This document shows, piece after piece, positions 17,858-26,456 of a stretch of 28,266 nucleotides of DNA; the stretch's first letter is position 1, and each line of letters starts with the position of its first letter. The notes beneath the pieces were generated by a model, which was not told where the DNA came from, made no database searches, and saw only the letters and a list, made by a program, of their open reading frames with translations. The translations under genes were made by a program, and so were the position numbers. Source of the DNA: a virus (taxonomy: Duplodnaviria > Caudoviricetes); IMG/VR virus record IMGVR_UViG_3300020375_000006, positions 1 through 28,266 of that record; one strand, 5' to 3'.

Positions 17858-18532
17858 CTACTCCTGAACCCACTGCGCCCCTCGTGGAACCCTCGTACTC
17901 GCCAAGAAAGACTTCATCTCCTGGGTAAACGACGCCGTCTTGGCTTCGAGTTGCTCATTCACCCCGTTGTCGATGACGCTGTAATGCTTAGCGGCAAACA
18001 TGGCGATGAGAGGGTGGAACTGCGGGAAGTTGTCCACAAACAGGTCAACGCCAGCGAAGTTGACGTCAGACTCTTTGAGGTAACTGACCCGAATCGTACC
18101 CGTCTGGTCGGTAGCAAAGCGGAGCGTTGAGGCTCTGAGCCATGCGATAGGCGTTGCCAGGATTGGATACGGGTAGTCTGTGATGTTCGTGTTGTCTACG
18201 ACGAGGTCATAGTAATACGAGACGTCAGTGCCAGACATCATCGCCACAGAGTGGAGCTTGAGCATCGTTCGCGTTGAGGTGGTGATAGAGTTGCTCAACA
18301 AGACAGAGCCGGCATCGTCAGGGACAAGCGTGCTCAAGTCGATGGTCCGCACCCCGGCGAGGGTGTAGTCAACAGACGACACCATATCGAGGGGCGTCTC
18401 CTCGAATGCGATGGTTCTGAACTCGTTGTGGCCCAGGGTGAGGAAGAGGGCCTTGTCTGCGGCGTTGACGAAGGTGTTGTCGCTCTCGTCGATGACCATC
18501 TCGAAGTAGCGCATAATCTCTGTGGTGTTCAC
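17858..18532 (-). CDS. head-tail adaptor/gatekeeper protein
   Basis: 224 aa helix-beta-helix layout ending in FPQFHPLIAMFAA; between portal and nozzle; GTG start. Confidence 0.7.
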   Translation of the reverse strand: MNTTEIMRYFEMVIDESDNTFVNAADKALFLTLGHNEFRTIAFEETPLDMVSSVDYTLAGVRTIDLSTLVPDDAGSVLLSNSITTSTRTMLKLHSVAMMSGTDVSYYYDLVVDNTNITDYPYPILATPIAWLRASTLRFATDQTGTIRVSYLKESDVNFAGVDLFVDNFPQFHPLIAMFAAKHYSVIDNGVNEQLEAKTASFTQEMKSFLASTRVPRGAQWVQE

Positions 18533-20328
18533 GGTATCTCCCCCGCAGCCTCTGCGTTCTCTTCAAGGATAGCCTGGGGGTCAAACCCTGCGTTAGAGGG
18601 TATGCGCCTAGCCGAGGATGGCTCAGGAGCGGCACGCGGATAGACAACCGGCTTTCCCTCAAGACCCTGAAGGGCTGCATCATCGAGTGGGACCAGCAGA
18701 GAGTTGAGTATCGAGGCGATGACGTCCTGCGTCTCTTCGGGAAGGTCGTAGTAATCACCGCTCTTGATGAAGCTGCTGAACACGCTCTTGAATGCGTCGA
18801 TGTCATCGTTAGCCATGATTTCAATCTCATAGCCGGCGATGACTGCTGCCAGTGCCTCACGAGCGTGAGACATGGTGGCGGCTTTCTCCAGCCGGTAGCC
18901 GGTCCCTGTCTTGAAAGACAGTTCCCGCATGGCGGTTTCTTTGTCGATGAGTTGAAGCTGGAAAAGCTCAACAACCTGAGCGTCTCTGGTCTGCTTCGTA
19001 TCCTGGAACATCGAAGACGAGTTGATGAAGACGTCGGGGTCGTCAACGATGTTTGAGCTTTTGAGTTCCTTGAAGACCGCCTTGCCGTAAGTGTCGAACA
19101 TTGCAACCATTTTGCCCTCGGTGTAGTGCTGCTTCATAAGCTGCAAGACCTTTCCGAAGGTGTGTGCGGTTGTGGATTCGATACTGTTCTGGGTCAACTG
19201 GAGTTGGCCCGTGTCCTGTGCGGCGAGGGCCTCGATGGCTTTCCCAGAGGTGACGCCAACGGTCCTCTTCCCCATTGAGATGTTGTGAATTCCGGCAACG
19301 TCTTGGATCTCAGACTGTAGGCGTTGAATGTTGTCGAAGACGTATGAGGGCAGCGGCGCCGCAGGTAACTGCTGGGGCGTCCCACCGGCAGGGTTGTAGT
19401 AAATCTTCTCCCCAGCCTTTCCTCTGATGCTGTCTGCGCTCACCCCGGAGGTCTTGGGAATGAGCCACTTCGGGTTAGACATCAACTCCACGTTCTTGAG
19501 AACCTGGGTTCTTGCCTGGTTGTATAGGTTTTGAAGCTCCAGACAGGGCTCGATGAGGCCGATGCCCCAGAACTCTCGTGGAAGCTTGGTGTACCTGCTG
19601 ATGCAGACGGGGTGGCTACCGTCCCATTCGCCCTCATAGAGGGCTTTTCCGTCGAACATGATGACATGCCTGCCATCGTCGGCGTAAACCTCGAATATCT
19701 CACACCTGTCAGCCAGGGTCTCTTCGGCTGGCTTGTCGTCAGGCTTGACGGGGGTGTAGTCCTCAATCCGAGACTTCTGCTTGGGATACGCCTCCTCGAG
19801 AACCTCTTTCTGTATGAAGCTACGAACGGCGACGAAGCGGGACTCTTCAAGATTGGTGGCCCCAACCTCGACGAAGAGGTCGTATGGAGAGACAGCCTTC
19901 GTTGTAACCCGGTCCTGGTCGGCATCGTAGTAGGTATGGAGAGCCGCAGTGCCGAACTGAACGAGGCTTAAGATGTGCTCGTTCAGGGTGTCTTTCATGT
20001 TGTCGTTATGAAAGTTGTACTGAATCGCCTCTTCGCTCAACTCTGCCTTGGCAATGTCTTCGCTCGAAGGTGAGGCCGGGAGGACGCCCACTGAGGGGTA
20101 GATAATCTGGAGCTTGGCAACAACGGTGCGCTGAATGCCTAGAAGCCTGTTGATGACAACGCGGCTATCGCTGCGCTGGCGCCTGATGAACTGGTTAATC
20201 TTCCGGTCAAAGCTCAGGGATTGCTTACCAGCCACGTACCTGGAGATAAGGTCCCAGGTTCTGACAAGAGGCTCGCGGTCCTTCTTGGAAGCGGCGACAA
20301 GTCTTGCGAGGTCTCTAATTTCCATCAT
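18529..20328 (-). CDS. portal protein (P22-like)
   Basis: 599 aa; VINRL, FGTAA, VSPYDLFV, FWGIGLIE...LQNLYN, SNPKWL, IQDVAGIH..SMG and TSGKAI are typical podovirus portal patterns. Confidence 0.88.
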   Translation of the reverse strand: MMEIRDLARLVAASKKDREPLVRTWDLISRYVAGKQSLSFDRKINQFIRRQRSDSRVVINRLLGIQRTVVAKLQIIYPSVGVLPASPSSEDIAKAELSEEAIQYNFHNDNMKDTLNEHILSLVQFGTAALHTYYDADQDRVTTKAVSPYDLFVEVGATNLEESRFVAVRSFIQKEVLEEAYPKQKSRIEDYTPVKPDDKPAEETLADRCEIFEVYADDGRHVIMFDGKALYEGEWDGSHPVCISRYTKLPREFWGIGLIEPCLELQNLYNQARTQVLKNVELMSNPKWLIPKTSGVSADSIRGKAGEKIYYNPAGGTPQQLPAAPLPSYVFDNIQRLQSEIQDVAGIHNISMGKRTVGVTSGKAIEALAAQDTGQLQLTQNSIESTTAHTFGKVLQLMKQHYTEGKMVAMFDTYGKAVFKELKSSNIVDDPDVFINSSSMFQDTKQTRDAQVVELFQLQLIDKETAMRELSFKTGTGYRLEKAATMSHAREALAAVIAGYEIEIMANDDIDAFKSVFSSFIKSGDYYDLPEETQDVIASILNSLLVPLDDAALQGLEGKPVVYPRAAPEPSSARRIPSNAGFDPQAILEENAEAAGEIP

Positions 20329-20720
20329 ATGAGATTACCGCTGTCGTCATAGTCCCAGCTAACGCCATCCGAGTAACCCCCGAGAACTCTCTTAATAATC
20401 TCTGCCGACCTCGGATTGTCGGCAAGTTTCGCCAGACCTGCTGCGCCCCTGCCCATCCTCGCTGGCCGCTCAGTGCCCTCGGCAAGCATCCCGACCACAC
20501 CGCCAGCCTGCCCGCCGAGTGCGGCAGCACCAATCATTGTTGGAAGTGCCGCCTTCCAGGCAGCTAGGCTTGCGCCGCCGGTCAATGGCGCGGCAGCAAC
20601 GGCCCCAATGCCAGCACCAGCAGCGGGCAACCAGTCCGTCCAGCTAGACTCGTCCTTATCTGCTAGCTCTTTGGCGGCTTGTTGTCTGGCAACAGACGTT
20701 GTTCTGCGTCCATATTTCAT
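20325..20720 (-). CDS. Gly/Ala-rich glycine-zipper protein, possible ejection/pilot protein
   Basis: PAAGAGIGAVAAAPLTGGASLAAW...GAAALGGQAGGVVG; GAGG RBS; ATGA overlap with the portal gene. Confidence 0.65.
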   Translation of the reverse strand: MKYGRRTTSVARQQAAKELADKDESSWTDWLPAAGAGIGAVAAAPLTGGASLAAWKAALPTMIGAAALGGQAGGVVGMLAEGTERPARMGRGAAGLAKLADNPRSAEIIKRVLGGYSDGVSWDYDDSGNLI

Positions 20721-20729
20721 TCGGCCACC

Positions 20730-20894
20730 TCAGTTAAGGTCTAGCAAGTCTGCAACGGACTCAATTGGCGTGACTCCGATGTTCGCCTTTTCCTGCTGGT
20801 AATCATGCCATACGCGCCACAACAGGAGAGACTGGTTGACGAATGCGGGCAGCATTAGAAACGCAATCAAGCCAAGGTATGGCGCATATGGCAT
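20730..20894 (-). CDS. small membrane protein (54 aa), not in the ORF track
   Basis: Hand translation MPYAPYLGLIAFLMLPAFVNQSLLLWRVWHDYQQEKANIGVTPIESVADLLDLN; GGAGG RBS 4 nt before ATG; fills the gap. Confidence 0.75.
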   Translation of the reverse strand: MPYAPYLGLIAFLMLPAFVNQSLLLWRVWHDYQQEKANIGVTPIESVADLLDLN

Positions 20895-20912
20895 AAAACC
20901 TCCGTGGGGGGC

Positions 20913-20938
20913 GGGGAGACCCCTCTCAGGGCCTCCCC
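20913..20938 (-). terminator. GC-rich hairpin after the capsid gene (terminator/attenuator or mRNA stabiliser)
   Basis: Minus strand GGGGAGGCCCT-GAGA-GGGGTCTCCCC: 11-bp stem with two G-U pairs and a GNRA loop; no adjacent U tract. Confidence 0.6.
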
Positions 20939-20954
20939 TCCGTGGGGGTCACGG

Positions 20955-22241
20955 TCAGATACCGACACCAGCAATCACTGCCTGGGCGTTGGGTCGAGTA
21001 CAGGCAGTATTGTAGTAATGCCTGTAGTAACCCTCGGCTGCGTCAGTGCCAGAAACACGGGACAACGCGGAACCGTCGAAATCAGCGAATCCGCCCTGGT
21101 CAAGCTGCAACAGCTTCCAGTGCTTGAGTGACATGAGAATCATGCCGCCTCGGCCACATGCCCGACTCGAACGGATATCGACGCCGCCGTAGCTGAGCCC
21201 GGTGAAGCCGCCATCGCCCCGTCCTGCGCGGTCGCTGTTGGTCTGAATGTTGGCGGTCAACAGGGCCGTATAGGTCTGTCGCTGCAACGGGTTCATGAAG
21301 ATGGTGTCGATGTCCTCGCCGCTGGTGTTGAGGACGCCGTCGATGGCCTGCTGGATGGTGTCCAGATCCAAGGCCTGACGCCCTGCCGCTGGGGCAATAC
21401 CACCGGGCCGGAACCCGTTCGACGCGAGCGTTGAGCCAGCGCGAGGGATGGTGAACATATTGGTCGAGCCAAGGTTACCGTAGATGCCAACGGGCTCCTC
21501 CTGGTAGGTGTACGGAGGGACAACTGCCGCAGGGTGGTTGTTGGTGAGAACCTCGATGGCGAGAACCAGGGCCGACTCGGCCAGGCTGATGGCACCACCA
21601 CCTGCCGTGGTGATTGTGCAGGTACACCCGACGGTGTCAACCGCCGTGATTGCAACTGCGTTGGCCCCGCTCGCCCCGGCAAGGGGGGTACCCGTGCTGA
21701 CGTCGATGAGGTCTGCGGTAGTTGCGCCGGCAAGCACCTCGGTTGAGAGCTTCTGGATATCGCCAAAGACTGGCACGAGAAGGGTGGCAACGCCTGCGCC
21801 AACGGCGCCATTCGGGAACGTGGCATACCCCATCACCGCGCCGCCAGAGAAGACCATCTGGTTCATGGTGTCGCGGACATCTTCCGTCAGGAGGTCCATG
21901 GAACCTTCCATCCAGTTGATGACCTGGTCGGTGTTACCCTTGCGGGCAGCAGTCATGACCATTCCGTCGACCTGGAAGCGGGCCAAAAGGCGTCGGGCTT
22001 CAACAGACAGTTTGGCGAAGTCCTGGGTGCGGGCGGTTGGTACCGCACCAGCATCGCTGAACTGGACTGCGCCGCCGGTTGCGCCGATGTGAACGGGGAT
22101 GATGGCGACACGGCCAGCCCAGTTGACGCGGGCCTTCTCGAAAAGATCGAGTGCGATTGTTTCTCTATTGAGTTGTTCCTGTACTGGAGACAGGAAAAAC
22201 TCCTTGAGCAATTGCCCAATTTCGTTTGTAGACAGAGGCAT
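20955..22241 (-). CDS. major capsid protein (HK97 fold inferred)
   Basis: 428 aa after the scaffold gene with AAGGAG RBS; LKEFFLSPVQEQLN N-terminus, TIFMNP, GFTGLSYGGVDI and terminal ACTRPNAQAVIAGV. Confidence 0.88.
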   Translation of the reverse strand: MPLSTNEIGQLLKEFFLSPVQEQLNRETIALDLFEKARVNWAGRVAIIPVHIGATGGAVQFSDAGAVPTARTQDFAKLSVEARRLLARFQVDGMVMTAARKGNTDQVINWMEGSMDLLTEDVRDTMNQMVFSGGAVMGYATFPNGAVGAGVATLLVPVFGDIQKLSTEVLAGATTADLIDVSTGTPLAGASGANAVAITAVDTVGCTCTITTAGGGAISLAESALVLAIEVLTNNHPAAVVPPYTYQEEPVGIYGNLGSTNMFTIPRAGSTLASNGFRPGGIAPAAGRQALDLDTIQQAIDGVLNTSGEDIDTIFMNPLQRQTYTALLTANIQTNSDRAGRGDGGFTGLSYGGVDIRSSRACGRGGMILMSLKHWKLLQLDQGGFADFDGSALSRVSGTDAAEGYYRHYYNTACTRPNAQAVIAGVGI

Positions 22242-22255
22242 GAGTTTGAGGCTCC

Positions 22256-23065
22256 TTAGCTAAGCTTGGCGATAGCCGCTTGTACTGCTTTGTACCGGCT
22301 ATCCCTATCGAGGGTTTTAGGTGCCTCCACTGTTTTGGAAGCACCCGATGTCTTTGGGCGCGGTGGCCCCGGCTTTGCGACTGGCGCCGCGACTTCAACT
22401 GTCTTCATGTGCTCTGCAATCGCCTTTTCCTGAACCTCTGCGATGTAGCTGGAATACCTTTCCGCCACAGTCGCAAGTTTCTCGGTCGGGTTCTGCACCA
22501 CAGCCTGAATTAACAGTTCACGCGGTACGTTGGGGTGCTGCTCCAGAACGCTGCTAAGTTCTTGTTCTAACAACGCTTTTTGTTGCGCCACCTCAAACCT
22601 GTTGAGTCGCTCGTTCAGTTCTTCGTACTGATTTGGTACGTCGTCTGACAGCGCCTCGTCTAACCAGTCCTTTTCTTCTACTGGCTCTTTGGGAGCTTTC
22701 GCACGCCGGGACTCTTCGAGCTGAGCAATAAGCTCCGCATTCTTGTCCCTAAGCGCCTCACCCTCTTCTCTAAAAGAGTTTCGGGCTTGGATGATCTTCT
22801 GAAACCTCTTGTAAGGCACAGCATGACCATCAACATCGTCTCCCTTTTCATCGTCGCCTCCGTCCTCAGTCGCCTCGGTCTCTTCCTCGGCTTCCTCGCT
22901 AGGTGATGAACCCTCTTCAGAAGCGGCCTCTACCTCTTCTGATACATCGTCTTCTGACGGTGACTCTTCCTCTACTTCTTCGACTGCTTCTGGCTCTGCC
23001 TCTACAGCCTCTGACAAACGACTGGCGAGGTCGTCAATAGCGCCTTCATCTAACAGGTTGCTCAT
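22256..23065 (-). CDS. capsid scaffolding protein
   Basis: Very acidic N-terminus, VPYKRF motif, coiled coil, Pro-rich linker and basic terminal helix; directly upstream of the capsid gene. Start moved to ATG 23065 (AGGGA RBS). Confidence 0.8.
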   Translation of the reverse strand: MSNLLDEGAIDDLASRLSEAVEAEPEAVEEVEEESPSEDDVSEEVEAASEEGSSPSEEAEEETEATEDGGDDEKGDDVDGHAVPYKRFQKIIQARNSFREEGEALRDKNAELIAQLEESRRAKAPKEPVEEKDWLDEALSDDVPNQYEELNERLNRFEVAQQKALLEQELSSVLEQHPNVPRELLIQAVVQNPTEKLATVAERYSSYIAEVQEKAIAEHMKTVEVAAPVAKPGPPRPKTSGASKTVEAPKTLDRDSRYKAVQAAIAKLS

Positions 23066-23114
23066 TGCTTTCCCTACGATGGGCTTTAGACCGCCCAAAG
23101 ATGGTCTTATTATG

Positions 23115-24674
23115 TCACCCAATCATACTCAGAACGCTCTCGAATGTATAGCCGTCGTTCTTGCTGGGATTGTATCTCTTCCCGTGAACGGCCTCCCATT
23201 TGATAACTTCTGCGACAGACAGGGGTTTTTTGAGCTTTGTGGCTTGGTAAATATAATCGGCCTGCTCATACGCAACGTAGGCCAAAGCCAATGCGAAAAT
23301 CATGTCATCATGACACCCGGTATCATGCCGGGGCTTCCCGTTCACATACACGAATGTATTTAACTCATGCTGTAATCTTTGGTCTGCGACTGTAATCTTT
23401 TGGCCCAGGAGAAGCTCATGAAGGGACGCCATGAGGAGGGCGCGTGTCTTTGTGTTGGTGTTGAACCCTAGTTTCTCGGTCAGTTCTGACGAGGTTTTGT
23501 CCTTAATCATGCGCCGATAGAGGTGCGGGTGTCCGAATCTCTTGAGGTGCTCGATAACGGCGTAGCCTGTGGACGCGGCTTCGACGTTTACCATGGCGTT
23601 GTATTTTGTTGCCGTGGCTAGAACCTGGCACGCGAAGTCTTGGACGGGTTCCTTTTGGTAGTATGTGGCGACAATCTTAGGCGGTTTGGCCCGTGTCATA
23701 ACAACGAAGGCTGAGTAATCGCCCTGTGGTCCACCTTCGGCGGCATCAACGCCCATGAGATATGGCTGCATGGCGTTGGGGTCCTCGTACTCGATGAGAC
23801 CTGGGGCCACTTTGGCACCGGGATAGGCTAAATCGAAAACGCGCTCACCGCTGCTGATGAAGCAGGATACGGGGTCACCAGCATATTCCTGTCTGAACGT
23901 GGCTGTAGAGTTGGCGCACTTCGTTCTGAGGGTGTGTATCGCCCAGTTCTTCTGTCGTTTTGTCAGGGGTGGGAGAGAGTGGAGGAACTCTTTCTCTGAA
24001 TCTGACGGGGGCGGTGCTGGCTCTTCTGTCTGGTTGTAACTGGGTTCGATGAGCCAGGAGATGAACGTCTTGTCGTAGCCTGACTCTGTGGTCCAGAGGT
24101 TATGATAGTGGTTGAGGCCGTTGGGCGTGCTCTCGAAGACGATTGTCGGGTTTTCGCCAGCGGTCTGTAACAGGGCTGCGATATCTTCGTCGGGGCTTTT
24201 CCAGAACGCGGCTTCTGAGGCGTGGATGCTTTGGTAGGTCGACCCACGGAATCCGTTTGGGGTGCCGACCTTTATTCGAGAGCCATGTCTGAACCGGAGT
24301 TCGTTTGCGTTCTCGTTGGTGCATTCGAGTCTTAGTTGCGCCGGAAGATTGTCATAAATCGTTTGATATATGTTGAAGATTTGGCGCACAGCTTCGAGAG
24401 TATGCGCCGCAATAGCGACACGGTGATTTCGGTTGAACAGAGCTTTATGAAGGTAGTAAGCCGCAACAAAAGTCGATGTCCCCGTCTGTCGGGCCTTTAG
24501 AACAATCTGCCAACGATTCTTCTTGAGGGCCTCGTGAAGCATTTGCTGGGAGGCGTTAAGTCTGAACCTAACGAGTGCTCCTCCCTTGTTGATAATCTTT
24601 ACGAATTTGCAGAAGTAGGCAAAGTCGTCTTTGCATCTCCGTAGCTGTTCAAGGTCGGAGTCTGAGTATTGCAC
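23115..24674 (-). CDS. terL: terminase large subunit
   Basis: LKARQTGTST (Walker A), IHASEAAFW (Walker B), ESTPNG (motif III), MGVDAAEG..GDYSA and HDDMIFALALA nuclease motifs. Confidence 0.95.
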   Translation of the reverse strand: MQYSDSDLEQLRRCKDDFAYFCKFVKIINKGGALVRFRLNASQQMLHEALKKNRWQIVLKARQTGTSTFVAAYYLHKALFNRNHRVAIAAHTLEAVRQIFNIYQTIYDNLPAQLRLECTNENANELRFRHGSRIKVGTPNGFRGSTYQSIHASEAAFWKSPDEDIAALLQTAGENPTIVFESTPNGLNHYHNLWTTESGYDKTFISWLIEPSYNQTEEPAPPPSDSEKEFLHSLPPLTKRQKNWAIHTLRTKCANSTATFRQEYAGDPVSCFISSGERVFDLAYPGAKVAPGLIEYEDPNAMQPYLMGVDAAEGGPQGDYSAFVVMTRAKPPKIVATYYQKEPVQDFACQVLATATKYNAMVNVEAASTGYAVIEHLKRFGHPHLYRRMIKDKTSSELTEKLGFNTNTKTRALLMASLHELLLGQKITVADQRLQHELNTFVYVNGKPRHDTGCHDDMIFALALAYVAYEQADYIYQATKLKKPLSVAEVIKWEAVHGKRYNPSKNDGYTFESVLSMIG

Positions 24675-24878
24675 CTAGCTTACGGTGACGATGGCTTTAA
24701 CCATGTGGGTGATGACACTACCTGCGGCTGCGAGGCCGACCCATTTAACCTGGACCATTCCTGACGCCAACAGTTTGACGCTGGTGGTCAGTTCGTAGAT
24801 GTTGGCCGTCAGGTCTTTGACGTCGCTTTCGAGAACGCCGAGACGGTGGTTGATGAGTTCCTCGTTTGTGTCCGTCAT
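24675..24878 (-). CDS. coiled-coil plus C-terminal transmembrane protein (XhlA/holin-like)
   Basis: HRLGVLESDVKDL heptads followed by hydrophobic WVGLAAAGSVITHMVKAIV. Confidence 0.6.
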   Translation of the reverse strand: MTDTNEELINHRLGVLESDVKDLTANIYELTTSVKLLASGMVQVKWVGLAAAGSVITHMVKAIVTVS

Positions 24879-25126
24879 TCTTCGCCTGCCAGGATAGAGA
24901 GAAGGTCTTGGTGTGTTTCTGCCGCTGAGTTGTTCTTGTTGATGTCCGCGAGCAGCCTGAGCGCATCGAGCTTCACTTTGGCTCGCGATGCGTTCTTTCC
25001 GTCGGGTGAATCCATTGGCGTTTCGACGATGAGTCTCAGTACCAATTCTTTGATACCAATATCATCGAGGTCCGGTCCTGGCAATGATGCGATGACTTGA
25101 GAGAGTGTTTTGCTGTCGCTACTCAT
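24875..25126 (-). CDS. putative terminase small subunit
   Basis: 83 aa near terL; KVKLDALRLLADI resembles the TerS oligomerisation helix; no clear HTH. Confidence 0.5.
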   Translation of the reverse strand: MSSDSKTLSQVIASLPGPDLDDIGIKELVLRLIVETPMDSPDGKNASRAKVKLDALRLLADINKNNSAAETHQDLLSILAGEE

Positions 25127-25298
25127 TACGTCCCCTGAGCATTTTCGCGGCGTCTACGACGGACTGTCCACCGACGAACACGGCGGTAAGGATGAGCCAT
25201 TCTTTGGCTGTGAGCATCTTGAGGACGAAGAGAACGGTCCCGGCGGCCCAGGCCAGGTACTTGCGTGAAACGAACTTGCTGAGACCTAATTTATCCAC
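25119..25298 (-). CDS. holin-like two-TM membrane protein (59 aa), not in the ORF track
   Basis: Hand translation from GTG 25298: MDKLGLSKFVSRKYLAWAAGTVLFVLKMLTAKEWLILTAVFVGGQSVVDAAKMLRGRNE; fills the gap with 8-nt overlaps on both sides. Confidence 0.75.
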   Translation of the reverse strand: MDKLGLSKFVSRKYLAWAAGTVLFVLKMLTAKEWLILTAVFVGGQSVVDAAKMLRGRNE

Positions 25299-26055
25299 GA
25301 TAAAAGTCGGCAGTGAAGTGCGCTGCCGCTATCTCCTTTATTTCGTTCATGTCTTCGACAAATGTGGCGCGGGTACACCCTGTTAGCTTACGGAAGTCAA
25401 CAGCCGTTATCAACCCCAGGAGGAGGTAGACGTATGGGCGCCCGACCTGTTCCTCGATTTCCTGGATGAGCCTAACGACTTTGAGTCTGAGTAGCGGGCT
25501 CGTGGATGCTGCGGTAAACAGGCCCCCATCGTCGATGATGTCATCAATCATTTCGTAGGCGAGGCTTACGGTTTCGCCCTCTCTTTTCTTCTGGGCCTCG
25601 ATTTTGGCTAAGACGTTGAGTGCTCTGTAGTAGACAATCTTCGGTTTGAAGAATGCGCCTACGTGTTTTCTCTTCCGCATCTCCCTTGCTTTGGAGAGGA
25701 GGGTAGTGATTGCCACTTCATAGGCTGCATCCTTGATATCCGAGCCTGTGTGCTCTGCAATCTGACGTAGAACCCTGTTTAGCTTGGGGATTCTCTCCCG
25801 CAGGCCCAGGACGAGCAGGGTCATGCACTCTGGAGCCCAGCAGAAGTCTGTTCTTTTGTCGTATTGGTAGTCTTCTGAGTCGCAGAAGTAGCAGGGTTTC
25901 GAGCCGTCGCGTTGTGGGTGCTGGCTTATACGCTTGAAGAGCTTCCCTTCTTTGAAGCTTTTCTCAGTGTTGCGTCTCCTTTTCAGCCGCGATATCCCAA
26001 TGTCTGATAATCCGCCCGCACATTGCCCGGTGTACATCGCAACCGTCGCCGCCAT
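25291..26055 (-). CDS. putative sigma-factor-like transcription regulator with an N-terminal Cys4 motif
   Basis: CYFC...CWAPEC, then region 2-like DIKDAAYEVAI...YYRALNVLAK and region 4/HTH-like GLITAVDFRKLTGCTRATFVEDMNEIKE. Start uncertain. Confidence 0.5.
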   Translation of the reverse strand: MAATVAMYTGQCAGGLSDIGISRLKRRRNTEKSFKEGKLFKRISQHPQRDGSKPCYFCDSEDYQYDKRTDFCWAPECMTLLVLGLRERIPKLNRVLRQIAEHTGSDIKDAAYEVAITTLLSKAREMRKRKHVGAFFKPKIVYYRALNVLAKIEAQKKREGETVSLAYEMIDDIIDDGGLFTAASTSPLLRLKVVRLIQEIEEQVGRPYVYLLLGLITAVDFRKLTGCTRATFVEDMNEIKEIAAAHFTADFYRG

Positions 26056-26449
26056 CGTCCATCCCCATGATTTGAGAAGCTGTTGTCAGGAAGTCTACGA
26101 TTCCTTTAACGGCGTCAAGGTCGTTTGATTCCGTATGTAGGTGGTGCCGAGCCCCTCTTGTCAGGGCAACAGCAGCCTGTAGGCTCGGGCTTGCCTCGCT
26201 GTAAGACTCACCACCCGCCAGTTCCGACGTAACTTTGAGTTCCGCCTCTGAGATGAGGAGTAGGGCCTTGATGCTTTCGGTGAATGTGATGGACGCTTCG
26301 AGACCATTGGCAATGTCATGTGTCACCTTGAGTGAGTCTTTGATTGATGCAACTGTCTCGTAGAAGCTCCCCCAGACCATACCCCCTGGCGGTCTATCTG
26401 AGTCCCCGTCGATGACTGTGACGATTTCGTTCTCTGTATCTGTATCCAT
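25964..26449 (-). CDS. hypothetical helical protein (161 aa)
   Basis: AAGGA RBS; directly follows the endolysin; no recognised motif. Confidence 0.7.
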   Translation of the reverse strand: MDTDTENEIVTVIDGDSDRPPGGMVWGSFYETVASIKDSLKVTHDIANGLEASITFTESIKALLLISEAELKVTSELAGGESYSEASPSLQAAVALTRGARHHLHTESNDLDAVKGIVDFLTTASQIMGMDDGGDGCDVHRAMCGRIIRHWDIAAEKETQH

Positions 26450-26456
26450 GGTTTCC

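Noticed and set aside
20730-20957. Capsid stop read-through into the in-frame 54-aa ORF
   Set aside because: The ORF is in frame with the capsid gene, but there are two stops (TGA CCG TGA) and it has its own GGAGG RBS.
23066-23122. Scaffold start at TTG 23122 as given in the ORF track
   Set aside because: ATG 23065 has a better RBS and the 19-residue extension does not match the acidic protein; not strictly excluded.
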